From Raja brachyura (Eukaryota): a DNA stretch of 64,000 nt. The notes beneath the pieces are model-generated. The model had not been told where the DNA came from. It was given only the letters and a program-made list of their open reading frames with translations, and searched no databases. The stretch covers positions 17,794,001-17,858,000 of the forward strand of contig OY740816.1 in NCBI GenBank assembly GCA_963514005.1. The letters run 5' to 3'. Both the position numbers and the translations under genes were made by a program. Of the stretch, positions 26,119 to 39,285 are shown one piece after another (the first letter of the stretch is position 1; each line of letters opens with the position of its first letter).

Positions 26119-26565
26119 AATTCTGTGAATTAAACAAATCCCTCAAGCAGAATTGAAGATTAACTTAGTATAAAATGATTACACAAATTTGTTGCAATAA
26201 TTTAAACCTACAAACTGTCAAAATACAGTGGAAACAATTTTTGAATCTATTTTAAGGCAGAGGGATAGATAAGTTTGCAAAGAGGATGAAGTTACAGCAA
26301 GTAACTCCAAGTCGAGAACATGGTTGCAATCAAATGATTATCTTATCGAATGGCAGAGATGATTTCAAGGGTCAAGTGGCCTAATCAGTTGCTAATTAGC
26401 TTAATTGCTTATAATCAATTTATGTGTTTAGGCTTATGAAAATAACATCACAATAAAACATTTTTCCATGTTACTTTCCCCATGTTACTTTGTAAACATT
26501 AACCCAATTTGGATTTCTACATCCATGATATTCAAATCCACCCCCCATCTCTCTGTACCACTTAC

Positions 26566-26696
26566 CTTGCGGTTCCAGCCATGGTCACCAGTTTTCAGGT
26601 GACGCGCAAGGAGAGCATTCTGCATTGGTATAAAAAGGTCACAGGCCACACAATGCGCTGCCTCTATCTTCTTCATGAAGTGGTCCAAGCCAACAT
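26566..26696 (-). CDS. AKAP8L: AKAP8L-like, coding exon 11 (AKAP95-type zinc finger 2)
   Basis: 131 nt, phase 1-0, AG/GTAAGT; VGLDHFMKKIEAAHCVACDLFIPMQNALLARHLKTGDHGWNRK. Confidence 0.95.
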
Positions 26697-26734
26697 CTAC
26701 AATAGAAATTATGAATGATTAGATGCAGCCAAGA

Positions 26735-27092
26735 AGCTACCTGTGGAGCAGCATGTGATGCTGCTGCCTCAAAGTTCTTGCACGCTGATCTCCTGGAGTT
26801 TGCACATTCCCTGTGGCCATGTGGGTTTCCAGGGTGCTCTGTCTTCTTCCCTAAACCTTGTTGGTGGGTTAACTGACCTTGTGAAGTTGATGGACAGGTT
26901 AGAAAGAGGGAATATAAATGCTCAAAGACATTTAGACGTGTACATGGATGGGAAAGGTTTAGTGGCATACGAGCCAAATGCAAGCAAATGGGACTAGTTT
27001 ACTAGTTTAGAGACGCAGATTAGCTTAGATGGGGCATCTTGGTCGGAATGAACGAGTTGAGCTGAAGGCAGTTTCCGTGCAGTGTGACTATG
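26735..27092 (+). mobile_element. SINE fragment followed by CR1 3' end
   Basis: GGAGTTTGCACATTCCCTGTGGCCATGTGGGTTTCC (SINE body); AGACATTTAGACGTGTACATGGATGGGAAAGG... (CR1 tail, as at 1319-1350). Confidence 0.65.
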
Positions 27093-27203
27093 AATAACAC
27101 AGTTCGCTAATCCTCAAGAAACTGCCTACATTCGGATGGAGAGGACCAACAGGTTGAAGGAACCAATCTATGTTAGCTATAAAACCAATGTTCTACAACT
27201 TAC

Positions 27204-27309
27204 CCTGCAACAAATCTTGCTGCTGCATTAGCTGCTTCTTCAGAATTGTTTTATCTCCAATTTGCTCTCGACGCTTCTGCGTTTTCTGAATCTTGTTCAA
27301 GATGTATTC
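27204..27309 (-). CDS. AKAP8L: AKAP8L-like, coding exon 10
   Basis: 106 nt, phase 0-1, TTTCAG/GTAAGT; EYILNKIQKTQKRREQIGDKTILKKQLMQQQDLLQ. Confidence 0.9.
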
Positions 27310-27517
27310 CTGAAACAGATTCAGATATTATGTACACAGGATATTGCTGCTGCATTTATTAGAAAAATTATACGGTATAGACTTTGCCTCTACTATTCAA
27401 TTAACATTTGCACATTGATTATTCATACACAAGCATAATTAGAAATATTTAGACATCACATTATTTTTCTGTAGCACAGCTGCTTTTAGCAAAGATGAAA
27501 AGAACCACAATACATAC

Positions 27518-27659
27518 ATGCAAAAAGTCAGCTGTCTGCTGGTCTAGTTTAGACGCAATGAATTTGAAAGTTTCACTGTGGTATTTACTGTCCACGTGGG
27601 TAGTAATATCCTCATCTTCAAAAGTACGAAACTTGCAAACAGAGCAAGCATACATTATC
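27518..27659 (-). CDS. AKAP8L: AKAP8L-like, coding exon 9 (AKAP95-type zinc finger 1)
   Basis: 142 nt, phase 2-0, TTGCAG/GTATGT; IMYACSVCKFRTFEDEDITTHVDSKYHSETFKFIASKLDQQTADFLH. Confidence 0.95.
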
Positions 27660-27752
27660 CTGCAACAGAAAGATATGCATGTCAAGGCAAGGACTGCACG
27701 GTGTGAATAACTCAAGAGTCGAGGAATTTCTTCCTACACCGTTGACAATCAC

Positions 27753-27819
27753 CTTTCTGCAAGACGGTCCCGATTTTTTTTTGGTTTGTTTGCCTTCTTC
27801 TTTTCTTGCATTGTGGGAA
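27753..27819 (-). CDS. AKAP8L: AKAP8L-like, coding exon 8 (basic, NLS-like)
   Basis: 67 nt, phase 1-2; PTMQEKKKANKPKKNRDRLAE(R). Confidence 0.85.
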
Positions 27820-28935
27820 CTGATTAAAACAAACCACAAAATTCAGCACGGAAACATCAACAAATACGTACACAGCTCCCCTACACTCATCTTCACACAT
27901 CAGTTAGTAGTTTGACTGGCCAATACAACACTAAATCCACATCCATATCACTTGACATAGCTCTCCTTCTCTAATGCTCCTGAAGATACAACCATTTCCA
28001 ACTAGGTAGTGATCAATTTTAAACAAAGCTGAATAAATTATCACCATTCCAGCGATGACTAATAACGAGAATCTGATATTCCCACCCTGGTAGAGTAAAG
28101 CAAAGTACCTAGTCTGCTGAATTTTAGGGTTCACCTGATGTTAACCAAGCTGTGTATCCCCCAACAACCACCTGCCTAAGGACTTCAGCCATTATGAATC
28201 AACCTTTAAATTACTATCCAATTCCCCCGCCTCTCCAACGTCTAGATTCATTTCTGACTGTGTGCCTGTGAAAGCGACCAATTTTTAAGCTTTGTTGATT
28301 TGCTCAAGTGCAAGGTTTTTTTTTATACCTCACACAGTGATTACTGCTTTGCATTTGACTGTCACATATTTTAAAACTGTTAAAATTATGTGTGTGTGTT
28401 TTAATAACTTGCCATTTCTACACTGTAACCCACTTATACAGATTGTCCACAAAACAATTGGATTGTTTACAAAACAAAATTAAGATACAGCATGAAAACA
28501 AGCCCACCGAGTCTACGCTGACCATCGATCACCCTTTCACACTAGCTTTATGTTCACTCCCTACACACTCAGGCAATTCACATATATGCCAGTTAACCTA
28601 CTGAACCACATCTTTGTGATGCGAGCGGATCTCTCTGAACCAGAAGTTTTATCCACCTTCATACACCTTAAGATGTCTACAACATCCTCAAATGCAATGC
28701 TAGTTCTAAGCACCTCAATTCTCGCCTCAACTGCAATACTCAAAGTCTTCAAGATAACTCTATTTCCTGTCATAATTTCTAATTCCTAATCATTTATTCA
28801 ATAAAAAATAAAAAAAACCCAGAATACTTATATGCCACTCGTCCCAGATGGAACATTGAACAAAAAAAAACCCCTTTGGTTTAAGGAAGGAAAACTGTTT
28901 TTGAGAATGTCACATTTAAAACAAGTTGATCTTAC

Positions 28936-28978
28936 AGCGCTTTGGTTTCTTGTCCTCAGAATCCTTACCATCGCCAGT
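28936..28978 (-). CDS. AKAP8L: AKAP8L-like, coding exon 7 (micro-exon)
   Basis: 43 nt, phase 0-1, TTCCAG/GTAAGA; TGDGKDSEDKKPKR; needed to restore phase between its neighbours. Confidence 0.8.
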
Positions 28979-29891
28979 CTGGAATTAAAAGAGATAATTT
29001 TAAAAACTATCCGTGCTCCCATGCTTTAACTAACAATATTAGAAACGTATTCTACATTTAACCATTTAAAAATTGCGAAGCCTGTAAATGTAGAGTTTCT
29101 CCAAACCTCCCCACTGTGGTGGTGGTATGGTGCAAAGATTGACAGCCAAACTACCTCCACAATCAATTCCGTACCAGGTTCAGAGCAATTTAAAAAAGTA
29201 ATAACGCTGAATTCAAAGGAAAAGCAAGGACTGCTGCAGGTCTACTGAGCACAACACAACTAAGTATTCAGGTCGACCGAGTATTCAGGTCACCCACATT
29301 AAGATGGAATCATAGGAGATCTATCCAGTGGTTCATTGGCCCATCATATCTGACAGCTCTCCTGCCTGGTCTCAGCATAAACTCCACAGTTGTGCAGATC
29401 AGGGTGTTCAAAGCATTGTTCAAATGCGATTCGTTTTTTGTCTCCTCCACTCTTTACCACACTTTGAACAAATAACTATCATCCTCAAATTTAATCCTAT
29501 CAATCACAAAATGAAGGTTTATCCCAAAATGGATTCCCATACTTTTCCCTTCTTTCAAGGGAAACTAATTATTTGGTTTACCTCTATCTCCCTTTTAAAA
29601 GATGAGCATTAAAAACCAACCCTCTGGCACATTCAGACGTTGTCCAATACATTAGATATTAATTACTGGTGGTTCCAAGAATTGTCTCACTTCTTCTTCT
29701 CCACCACAAGATGGCAGAAGCAAGCTTGTGAACTGTTCAAACTCTTTTGTACTAACTACAGTTTGGTACATTTTTCAAAACCATGCACAGCTTAACTCAA
29801 ATTGTACGAAATGGGCCAATTTCTTCATCATACTGCAGCCATGTTGTGCTTTTAAGGTAATACAAAATAATAGCATCTAGATATTACTTAC

Positions 29892-29926
29892 GCCGCCATC
29901 CCCAGATTCAGCACCATCATCTTCCG
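29892..29926 (-). CDS. AKAP8L: AKAP8L-like, coding exon 6 (micro-exon)
   Basis: 35 nt, phase 1-0, TTTTGTTTCAG/GTAAGT; EDDGAESGDGG. Confidence 0.8.
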
Positions 29927-30927
29927 CTGAAACAAAACACAGGACAATTGTATACAAAACTAAAAATAAGGCTCATGAATTTCATGGGATAGTCTATTAA
30001 AATTGAACAATAATTGCAATCAAATATTTAAGAGCCTTTAAAAAAAGTAAATCTGTAACAAATCTGTGAGAGTAACGTATATTACAATGCAAATCAGGCA
30101 AGCTAAATGTATCATTTGTTGTCTAGCTGCAGGCTGCAGCAAAATCTTACACAAGTTAGCAATTCCCATAGCTATTTAAACAGTTTAGTGATAAAGACAA
30201 ATTTATAATAGACTGTTGGTCTGTACACAACTCTACCCCAGCATCATTATGAACTTCCAAAAGCCACTCTATTTTAATAAATGAAGGAACACAACAATTT
30301 TCCCCCTCCTACCGGGGTGTTGCAGTCAACTGTACTATCTTCCTTCTCTATTCAGACCAGTTAAAACAAAAGAAAACACAGTCAAACCTACTTAATGGAC
30401 AACAATACAATGACATTTCTAGTCCACAACTGCACCAAATCTCTGATCACCGCTTGCAGTCGCACACCAAATTGGGGGGAAAAACAGCAATTTCACATTT
30501 CTTTGGAATAGATGCATATGACTCACTCGTACAGTACCGAATTAAGAAGAGGGCATCAGTGAAAAAAAAATGTAAAAGCAAGGAACTAAAGTGTGAAATT
30601 GGCCTGAATGTACAATCCGTACTTAAAACACAGATGAATATCAGAGGATTGAGAGGAAACCCTACACACTTTATACACAAATACTGGCCACCCTTTGAAC
30701 GTGGAGAGGGGAAATACATAAGACTTTACAAGAAAACCTCTCGACTGCCATTTTGTTAACCTTATTAGAAAAGTCCACGTGAAAACAACATGATGGAATT
30801 GGGCTAAATATGGTGCTACATGCATTTAAATATTTTGCCCGCCATACCTAGGAAAGTCAATGATTTCAAGGTTCCAGAAGAGAGAAGTGAAGAGAGAGAG
30901 GTTGGTTGAGGTGGGATGCAAGCATAC

Positions 30928-31048
30928 CTGCATCGGACCCATCTTCAGTTTTCGCCTGTTTGTTCTCTGGCTCCTCGGCACTATCCGTAGACATTTTCCT
31001 CTTCCTCACAAATCCCGCATCTCTTTTCTTCATCTGTTGAAAATCAGA
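30928..31048 (-). CDS. AKAP8L: AKAP8L-like, coding exon 5 (NLS-like)
   Basis: 121 nt, phase 0-1, ACAG/GTATGC; SDFQQMKKRDAGFVRKRKMSTDSAEEPENKQAKTEDGSDA, resembling the family RKRK...DEPDxK motif. Confidence 0.9.
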
Positions 31049-31494
31049 CTGTTTAATTTCCACAAATTAGGCATGCACCGTTTTTAAAAAGCATTCAAGC
31101 AAAAAGTATGGCAAACAAAACCTCTCATGTTGCTTGTATATATTTTTTCAAACCATCGTCCAGTTTTAAGTTTTAGTGACGTGACTAAAGTGAGCACAAA
31201 ACAAATGCAATTACCGTTTATAATTCAATTAGAGCTTCTGACCCCGAGGTAGCTTATTCCTCAATAGCACGTCTACAGTAATTGGCAATTGAAGTTTACC
31301 ATAATTTGCACTTCTAATATGTTTCACAAATATGCCAAGGCCAAGTCACTGCCGAAAAACAATTTTAAGGGCACTACTTGAAACAGTGAATGCTGTGGTT
31401 AAAGGAAGCTCTAAACCATTACTCTTTTGGACTAGCTACAGAAGATGTGCTGTAGTTCTATAATACTTTTACTGCATCAGTAATGTCAGACATT

Positions 31495-31738
31495 CATAGA
31501 GTCATACAGCATAGAAACAGGCAATTTGGCCCAACTTGCCCATGCCAACCAAGGTGCCCCATCTTCACCAGTTCCATCTCCCTCTAGCCTTTTAAACCTT
31601 TCCTATCCATGTACCTGTCCAAATGCCTCATACATGTTATGGTACCTGCCTCAACTACCCCCACTGGCAGCTTGTTCTATATTCCCACCACCCTCTGAAA
31701 AAGTTGCCCCTCGGGTTCCTGTTTAACATTTCTCTTAA
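31495..31738 (-). mobile_element. CR1 LINE 3' end fragment
   Basis: CATAGAGTCATACAGCATAGAAACAGGC tail followed by homology to 1240-1470. Confidence 0.7.
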
Positions 31739-33216
31739 AAAAGTATTTGAAAGTGCTGCAGTATTGTTCTTATTGCCATTCAGCATTCTGGACCTGATTA
31801 TGTTTATGATGAACTATATTGATGAACAAACAGCTTATGTTTGTGATGAACTATATCCGTCACCATTTTGAAACATCCCATAAAAAATGTTTCTCCCAGT
31901 TTTTAAGATAACATGGCATATACAAATGAATACCCACACATGACCTAGAAACATAACTCAAATCATTATCCACTTACTGCTTAAAAAGTTAGTTGGCACA
32001 AATATGGAGTGAATTCACGAGACGTTAAAAGATCAAATATCTATAATTATTATATGACTCAGTAATGCAGAAACCTGTTACTCTCTTCAGTCAAATGCTG
32101 GAAATGATAGTTGTCAGAGTAGAAAATACATTGAATTGTCCAAACAAAATGAAATGTACTTTAACTATTTTTAAATAAGTGTTATATTTGATTAATACGT
32201 TCACTCATAAAGTATCCAGTATATTTTACACTGAATTCAAGTAAGCAGCCTAACATGTGACTGACTGTTTGATCACAAGTCAAGAAAGTAGCATTTCTTT
32301 TGGTACTATACACGATTTCACTAATTCATAGGCTGTCAACATACTTTGAACTATGCCCACAAGCCGAGAAAATAAATCATATTTTTTTAAACTTTCAATT
32401 ATGCACAATTCCTGCAAATTAGATGGCAAAGTATTGCAGTTCAATTATTTTCAATTTAACTAATCATATTAATTACAAAAGAAGCATCAAACTTAAGAGC
32501 AAGCAATGAGTGGGGCTGACCACAGAATATAACAGGGAGGCAGCAAGACAGGAGATTGCAGGATAGACTTCAGTTATATTCCCAAAAGAAAGAATTACAA
32601 AATTGAATATGAACATAGATTAAATAAACCAAAATCATGAGGTGGAACATTGTAGAGGCGATTTAAGCTGAAGGCAGCAATTATTTTTTGTTTTATCTCA
32701 TGATCTTGAAAGAACAGATTCAATTGCAGAGCAGATGGATATTTCTCCCTAAAGTCCACTGCAACCCGGTCAAATTTGAATGGATTGAAAAACAGCAAAC
32801 ATGACATCCATCTTCAAAGCTAGAAAAGGCACAGGTCAAATGTTAACTTTATAAGAGTTTGATGTGCTTGAAAACATCAAGCAGTTCCGTGTGGAGCACG
32901 CATCAACATTGCTTTTAAGAATGGGAAGTTATTGACATTAATGGTTCATATATTCCTTCGTGCATCTGGCCAAAAAGTGGAGAGTGTCAAGTCAGCTCAG
33001 AAGCCATTTGATGTGAACTATAATCACTAGAGACGTGCCGTGGGAAATTTTATAAAATAAATTACACAAATGACTTGCAAGAAAGCACCATAGGTATTGA
33101 TGTCAAATATGCTGATGATAAACATAGGTAGAAAGTAAGTTGAGCAGAGGACATTGTAGGCTACAAAGAGATATATACTGGTTAAGTAAAAAGGGGAAAA
33201 GGTTGGTAATGAAGTG

Positions 33217-33685
33217 CAGGGAAGTCTTATTCCCAGGTTACAGAATGCATGACTTACGAATGTCCAACTTTACGTAATTTCGCCCAGACTCTGCTCTTGG
33301 AATGGTACTCAAATCACTTCACCATAAAACATTGTAGATATGACAGAGAGAAAAAGCCAATGTCTTCTCCAAACTCTCCTTCATGCAAGATTAACCGTTA
33401 AGGACCTTGAGCCACTTCTCGGTAGTGTAACTTTCTTAGCGTTATTAAACTGCTGATTGTTTTCTCATTGACCTTCGGATCAGCTTCTCCTCCCGTTCCT
33501 CCACCATTTAGACAAAATGGCATGTATCTGTTCACAGTGATAATAATGCCACCCATGCTGGTCTTCACCAATCTACTCTTTGTAATTCTGTCCCCAAGGG
33601 TCTTCGAGCCTAAAGATTTCACATTGCAAGTTTGGGAGAAATTGTCCATTTCACACTTACTTAAAATTCAGTATATGGAATGATA
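33217..33685. mobile_element. Possible ancient Tigger/pogo-like DNA transposon remnant
   Basis: Terminal-like CAGGGAAGTC...CAGGTTACAGAATGCATGACTTACGAATG; weak transposase-like peptide DFTLQVWEKLSI; recognition from memory only. Confidence 0.3.
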
Positions 33686-33819
33686 TTTGTAATAGGTGTG
33701 GTCTTATGAGGAAAGGTAGTATAGACAAGGAGTATGCTTTGCAGGACTGTGATTGAATTCTGCTTGAAAGACTATGTGGAGAGGATATACTGTGCGAGAA
33801 TCTTGAACTAAAGGTGACT

Positions 33820-34086
33820 GACAATAGACAATAGGTGCAGTAGGCCATTTGGCCCTTCGAACCAGCACCGCCATTCAATGTGATCATGGCCGATCATCCC
33901 CAATCAGTACCCCGTTCCTGCCTTCTCTCCATATCCACTTAAGAGCCCTATCTAGCTCTCTTGAAAGTATCCAGAAAACCAGCCTCCACCACCCTCTGAG
34001 GCAGAGAATTCCACAGACTCACAACTCTCTGTGAGAAAAAGTGTTTCTTCATCTCCGTTCTAAATGGCTTATCCCTTATTCTTAAA
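33820..34086 (-). mobile_element. CR1 LINE 3' end (second subfamily)
   Basis: ACAATAGACAATAGGTGCAG...CCCTTCGAACCAGCACCGCCATTCAATGTGATCATGGC; same family as 57010-57440. Confidence 0.75.
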
Positions 34087-36596
34087 TATATAAATAAAAT
34101 TTAAGACAAACGAGGCAAAATGCATTTTCTCAGAAGCTCATGAGTCTTTGGACTCTTCCTCAAATGAAGCCTAATGTCTCAACGATATGGCTTAAATAGA
34201 TAAATTGCCAATAAGTGAATGGGGACTGTAGGTGAATGGGTGAATGTAGGCAGAAATGCAAAGACAACATTACAATCTGATTGGGCACGATCTCTATTAA
34301 AAGGCCGACCAGGCTCAAAGAGCCAAATGACATACCCCTGAGCCAAGGAGCTTACTATGGGAATATTATACAAAGACTAACCCATTCGATAGAAAGCAAT
34401 GTATTAAACTAGATTGATAAATGATCGGTCTGCAGATTGCCTAGTATCTGTCTGGGACATGAATAATAGCATACATTCCAGCCAGTTCCACCATTTAATT
34501 TGATCATGGGTGATCTGTAATCCAAATCCATTCACTACCTATGTTCCAATAATATTTTGCAGCCTTGCCACTGAGCCTGGCCTCCAGATCAGAGCCCAAC
34601 TATGCATATGTTATGGAACATTTTCTGATAGAACAGCCTAGATCCATACTTTACTCAATTCTGGATGAATTATTGAGCCCTCCCTTATTTCTTTCTCGAT
34701 GAATAATAATACGCGTGCAGCACAGCTAGCATTTTCTCACTCCACTTTTGGTACTTAGGCTCTGGTCTGAATTGGCAAAGGCTGGGTCAGAGTTTCATTT
34801 TACTCTCAATCAAACCTTTATCTTGCATGACAATCTGTTACCAAATACACGATGGAGTACCACAAGATTTAACATACGATCTAGTGTCATTTATAACTGG
34901 TTTCATAAATAAAAAAATTATGTTCAAATTTACACGTTATATCAAATTTTAAGCAGTTGATGACGAAAAGATGCAATTTAATAAAATTGAAATTTGTAAT
35001 GAAATTTGAAAGAAAGGAGATCTGAACAAATTAAGAAACAAATTACGACAAGACATGAAGCATATTAGAAAGCAAGATCGTGGGGTTTCAGTGGACAAAG
35101 TTAATAATAAAACACAAGCCTTCTAAGCCTTTAACCACAAAGTAGAGATGCACAGCCACACAAGAGCAATTTCTAGATTCAAAAAGATAATCCAGCATCA
35201 GATAGATCTATATCTGAAGGATACCATTTCTAGATCTGGAGTATTACATATAGTTCTGACCTAATGATACAGTTGATGGAAGTACAAAAACAGTTATAAC
35301 GCTGATCACATAACTCAAATGAGCAGTATGTGGAAGAAGATAGACATCTGAATCTCAAAAAAAATTTAAAACCACGAAAGGCCTGGACATATTTGTTCCC
35401 GATAGCATTTTGTTATATACAAAATGAAACTCTGGACAAACTCAAATTTGAAAAAGAGGATTTACGTTAACAAAACAAAGGATAAAAACAAGATCATGTC
35501 AATTAATGAGATTGAAGACAATGGAAATGCATCAATAGAAAACTGAAATGTGCAAGATGGATCAACGAGGCATCCATCCCGACAATATATTTTCATCAGC
35601 GAAAGCAGGCCACTATCAGCAGAAATCAGGGCTTACCCTGATACCACTGCCATGCACCCAAAAGCCAATACAGCTATTTTTATAATTTTTATAACAGGTT
35701 ACCAGGTTGAGAAAGGAATTCATATTTCTGAAATTGGTTTCAAATTTGAAACTTGACGAATAAATATTAAGGCCTCCCAAATAGCTAACAGAATGGCTGT
35801 AGAGCGTATTCTATAATCTTATTCAAACAGTCAACATTTAGAAAACTGTTTAAAAAGGTATGACACCCTTACATTTTAAGCTAACATTACACATACTCTA
35901 CAAGTAGACCTTCAGTTCAATAAGGGAAATAGCACTACACTGTTAATTACTGAATATGACAATTGAAATATAATTTGCTGAAGATTAAAGGCAAAAGATC
36001 AGAAAAACACTTTACAACCTTGTTTTGTATCATCAATCTGTGGAAACGCTAGCAATTTAGCTGTGGAAATTCAGCTATTTAATTTGTGCTCAGTATGTTG
36101 TATGAAACGCTGAAATTCTGAATCTTATATTATGAATACAAGAAAAGGATATGCTCAGTTTTTTTTAAATTGGAAACAAAACCACAATGTCTGTTTTACA
36201 AATTGTCCTTTAAGTGCAAAGAATGTCTACGTGCTCGTACCCTGGGTTTAATAGCAAATCTTAGTTGATATATTCCTAAATTAAGGTTGTGGAAATTAAT
36301 ATTGCTCAGTTTTATCAACACTTCACAAATTAATAACCATGTATTGATTCAAGAGCACTGAAGATTTCTGCCTTTCCACAAAGGAATTTGAGACAGATAA
36401 AAACGCTGCACTGAGATGCAAAGCATTTGTACAAAATCACATTGGCTCACCTCAACATAAAAATAAAATTCCTATCCTATTTCCAAAAAAAAGGACAACC
36501 TGCCTGGTATAAGAAAACAATAAAAAAATTCATTCCCTCATTTTCCCTATTCATTACTGCTTAAAATAAAAAGTATTAAAAATAAAAGGTACTTAC

Positions 36597-37077
36597 GCCT
36601 CTGATTCGAATCCTGTCTCTCCTTCGCTGTCTGCCACCTCCTAACGATCTTCCATATCCCTGAACTCTGAACAGGTCCATGGGGATAATGTTTGGGGAGA
36701 AGAGCGAAGGGAGGTTCCTTGCGGAGGAGGCGGTGGCGGCGTTGTGGCCCCTGCCTCCCATCGACAGCTCATTCCAGCGTGCAGACATTCGCCCGGAACT
36801 TGCAGGTGACATGTAGGGGTCGTTCCGATTGGGTCTGTTATATTGAGGACGGTCTCTAGACCAGTTCTGGCCCCACTGGTTAGTAGGGCCGTATGAGTCA
36901 CGTGCTCTGTTCTGGAACTGATCTTTGCGGGTCCCGTAGGAGCTGTCGTAGTGGTCATAGCGACCTCCATAGAAATCGTTATAATCAGGCCCATATTCAC
37001 TGTAACCGTAGCCAGATCTGTACAGATCACGGTCATTCAGTGAAGACCCGGAGTCGTAGGACTCGTAAGGTGTAAAC
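36597..37077 (-). CDS. AKAP8L: AKAP8L-like, coding exon 4 (Tyr/Gly/Arg-rich low-complexity region)
   Basis: 481 nt, phase 2-0, TTTCAG/GTAAGT; FTPYESYDSGSSLNDRDLYRSGYGYSE...RNLPSLFSPNIIP...RIRIRG; RDLYRSGY-YSE and LPSLFS-NIIP match recalled AKAP8L. Confidence 0.92.
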
Positions 37078-39285
37078 CTGAAAGAGTCGCACAGTAAGCA
37101 AGGAATCTGGTCAGTAGGTGGAAAGCATGATGGTACAAGTCTGCCAAGTTGTTGCAGCAGACTAAAAACTAAACAACAGTTTCAGCTAATCACAGAACAT
37201 ATGTGATTTGCAATAAATAGTACTGGCTGAAATGGCCAGCCTCTAACAAACACTTCTAATGCAATTACTAAACTAGAGCAAATGGGACTCTGAAAAGTTT
37301 AACTGACAAACTTCAAAATTCCTTTTTATGGTGCAGGTTCTACAGTTTTGTTTAGGCAGTGCAGTCAGAAGTGTATACACTGCTACATTAGAATGTTGCA
37401 ATACAGTTAACAGCAGAATGGAAAAATCCACCATTCTTTGGATTTTAGCCATTTTAAAGTTATATGCCATGGGGAGGTGATGGCCAGGGAGGTGAAGGAT
37501 GGAAGTGGGTTGTGAGGAATAGAGTGGAGGAAGGTATTACAGAAGCTATGAACTCAATGGCAACCTTAAAATGACAGAACAAAATTTTGACTTCAATATT
37601 ATTACATCATCGAGCAGGTCCATGGGGATATTAATGAAACAGGTCTCACCTTTGCAGCCAACAGAAACAATGGGATTTTTCCACCATGCTACACATTTTA
37701 TGCCAAGTACAAATATCTCTTTAAATATTCCACTAAAGCCCCAATTACATTGCCAATTTCACATCCTGTCTCACACCCCTATTTTAATTGCATCTCCTAA
37801 ATTGATTGCGTATGTTATAATGGATCCAAAACGGCAGAGAAAAGATGTTCAGAGCACAAGCAAGGCCAGACTTGCACCAGTAACTGATCTGATTGTGAAG
37901 CGGGATTGAAACTACGCCAGGGTCTTTGAGCACATGCAGTCCAAGTAACTTGTGGTGTGCACAGCATAGAAACCTTTCAACATTTAGGTCCAACTACACT
38001 ATATACCAATAGTGCAAGTTCCAATTTCAAATTTCAGTCAAATGCACAACAGATAATGAGAAGCCAAATGTGTACTAAAATGTGGAGAAACTGTCACCTT
38101 GCCTCTAACTATCAATGATACAAAATAAAATGTTGAATTTAAATATCTTCATAAATTTATGTTTTCCAACTCTGCAAGACAACAAACCAACAAATACTGA
38201 AGAGTTCCTTAAGACAATTCAGCCTTGTTTGGTAAAGTTTCAATATTTCTTCCAAAATTCATTTAAGTATTTCGCTGAAACGTATTAAAGATTTATAGCC
38301 ATGAAGCATGTTGCAACTGGTTTACAATGTACCAGCTAGAATGCTAAAAATAACTAGCCTACTTCAGTCCCAATACATGAACTGAAGTAAGTTAGTTTTC
38401 CCCATCAAGCTATTCAATTAGATAGTCACACATCTGCATCATATCTTCATCTATCTGCCTTTGTTTCATTGCCCTCAACATACTTGCCTAAGATAACCAT
38501 TGCTATTTAAAAACAGAACGAACCCATCCTATTTTCCTGATGCTCAGAATCTTCTGAATTTCAACTTATTAGTTGATTTCACTCAACTAATTTCTCATCA
38601 GTTTATTCATTTCAGCTGGCATATAACAAGTCCTTACCATGCATTTCAAAAATTGTAAACAAAACTGATGTTCGTGCAATTATTGCAGAAACTAGCAACC
38701 CGTAATTAAAATTTATAGAATACATAATTCAATAAAAATCTGGTTATTCATTTTGAAATAAATTGAAAGCAATTTACTAGTTCAACCGAGAAATTAATCA
38801 GTTTGGTAAAAATATTGATTTTATATATATGGAAATACCAACACAACTTTAATTCTACTGATTCAAAATATAAGATTTGAAATGTTTATGTAATGACCAA
38901 ACAACCAACTGAAACTTATTTAAGTCAAACAACATCAACCCTAAAGGAATTGTAATCCTGTATTTTTTCCAAGCAATTAATTTCTTAATGCTTCCAATAT
39001 TCTTCTACATCATATGACTCGCATGACACACTGAAAATATTACCATTGAAGAGGCAATGAATACATTAACTGTAGATATTAAACACAGCAAGTGTCATAG
39101 TCACAAAAATTGGTTATTTTTCCAGCATTTAAAAGTTTGCCATTAAAACTTCTTTAAGCAACGAAAACTCTCCAAACAAAAATACACTAAGGCAGGGGAA
39201 ATGCCTTCTCGTGAGTGTGATGCCTTTAAAAATAACTTGCGTATTACATTACTCTTCCTGTTTGCTCCAACATTCCAGCAAATAC

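Noticed and set aside
35637-35673. Possible 37-nt minus-strand exon ending at a CAGG|GTAAGC donor
   Set aside because: The acceptor lacks a polypyrimidine tract, and flanking exons 4 and 5 already join in phase
36641-37036. 131-aa Thr-rich ORF, with a similar 141-aa ORF at 63171-63596, as an overlapping protein
   Set aside because: Alternative frame of the Tyr/Asp/Gly-rich exon 4; openness is expected from codon composition and shared ancestry. Only ribosome profiling could rescue it
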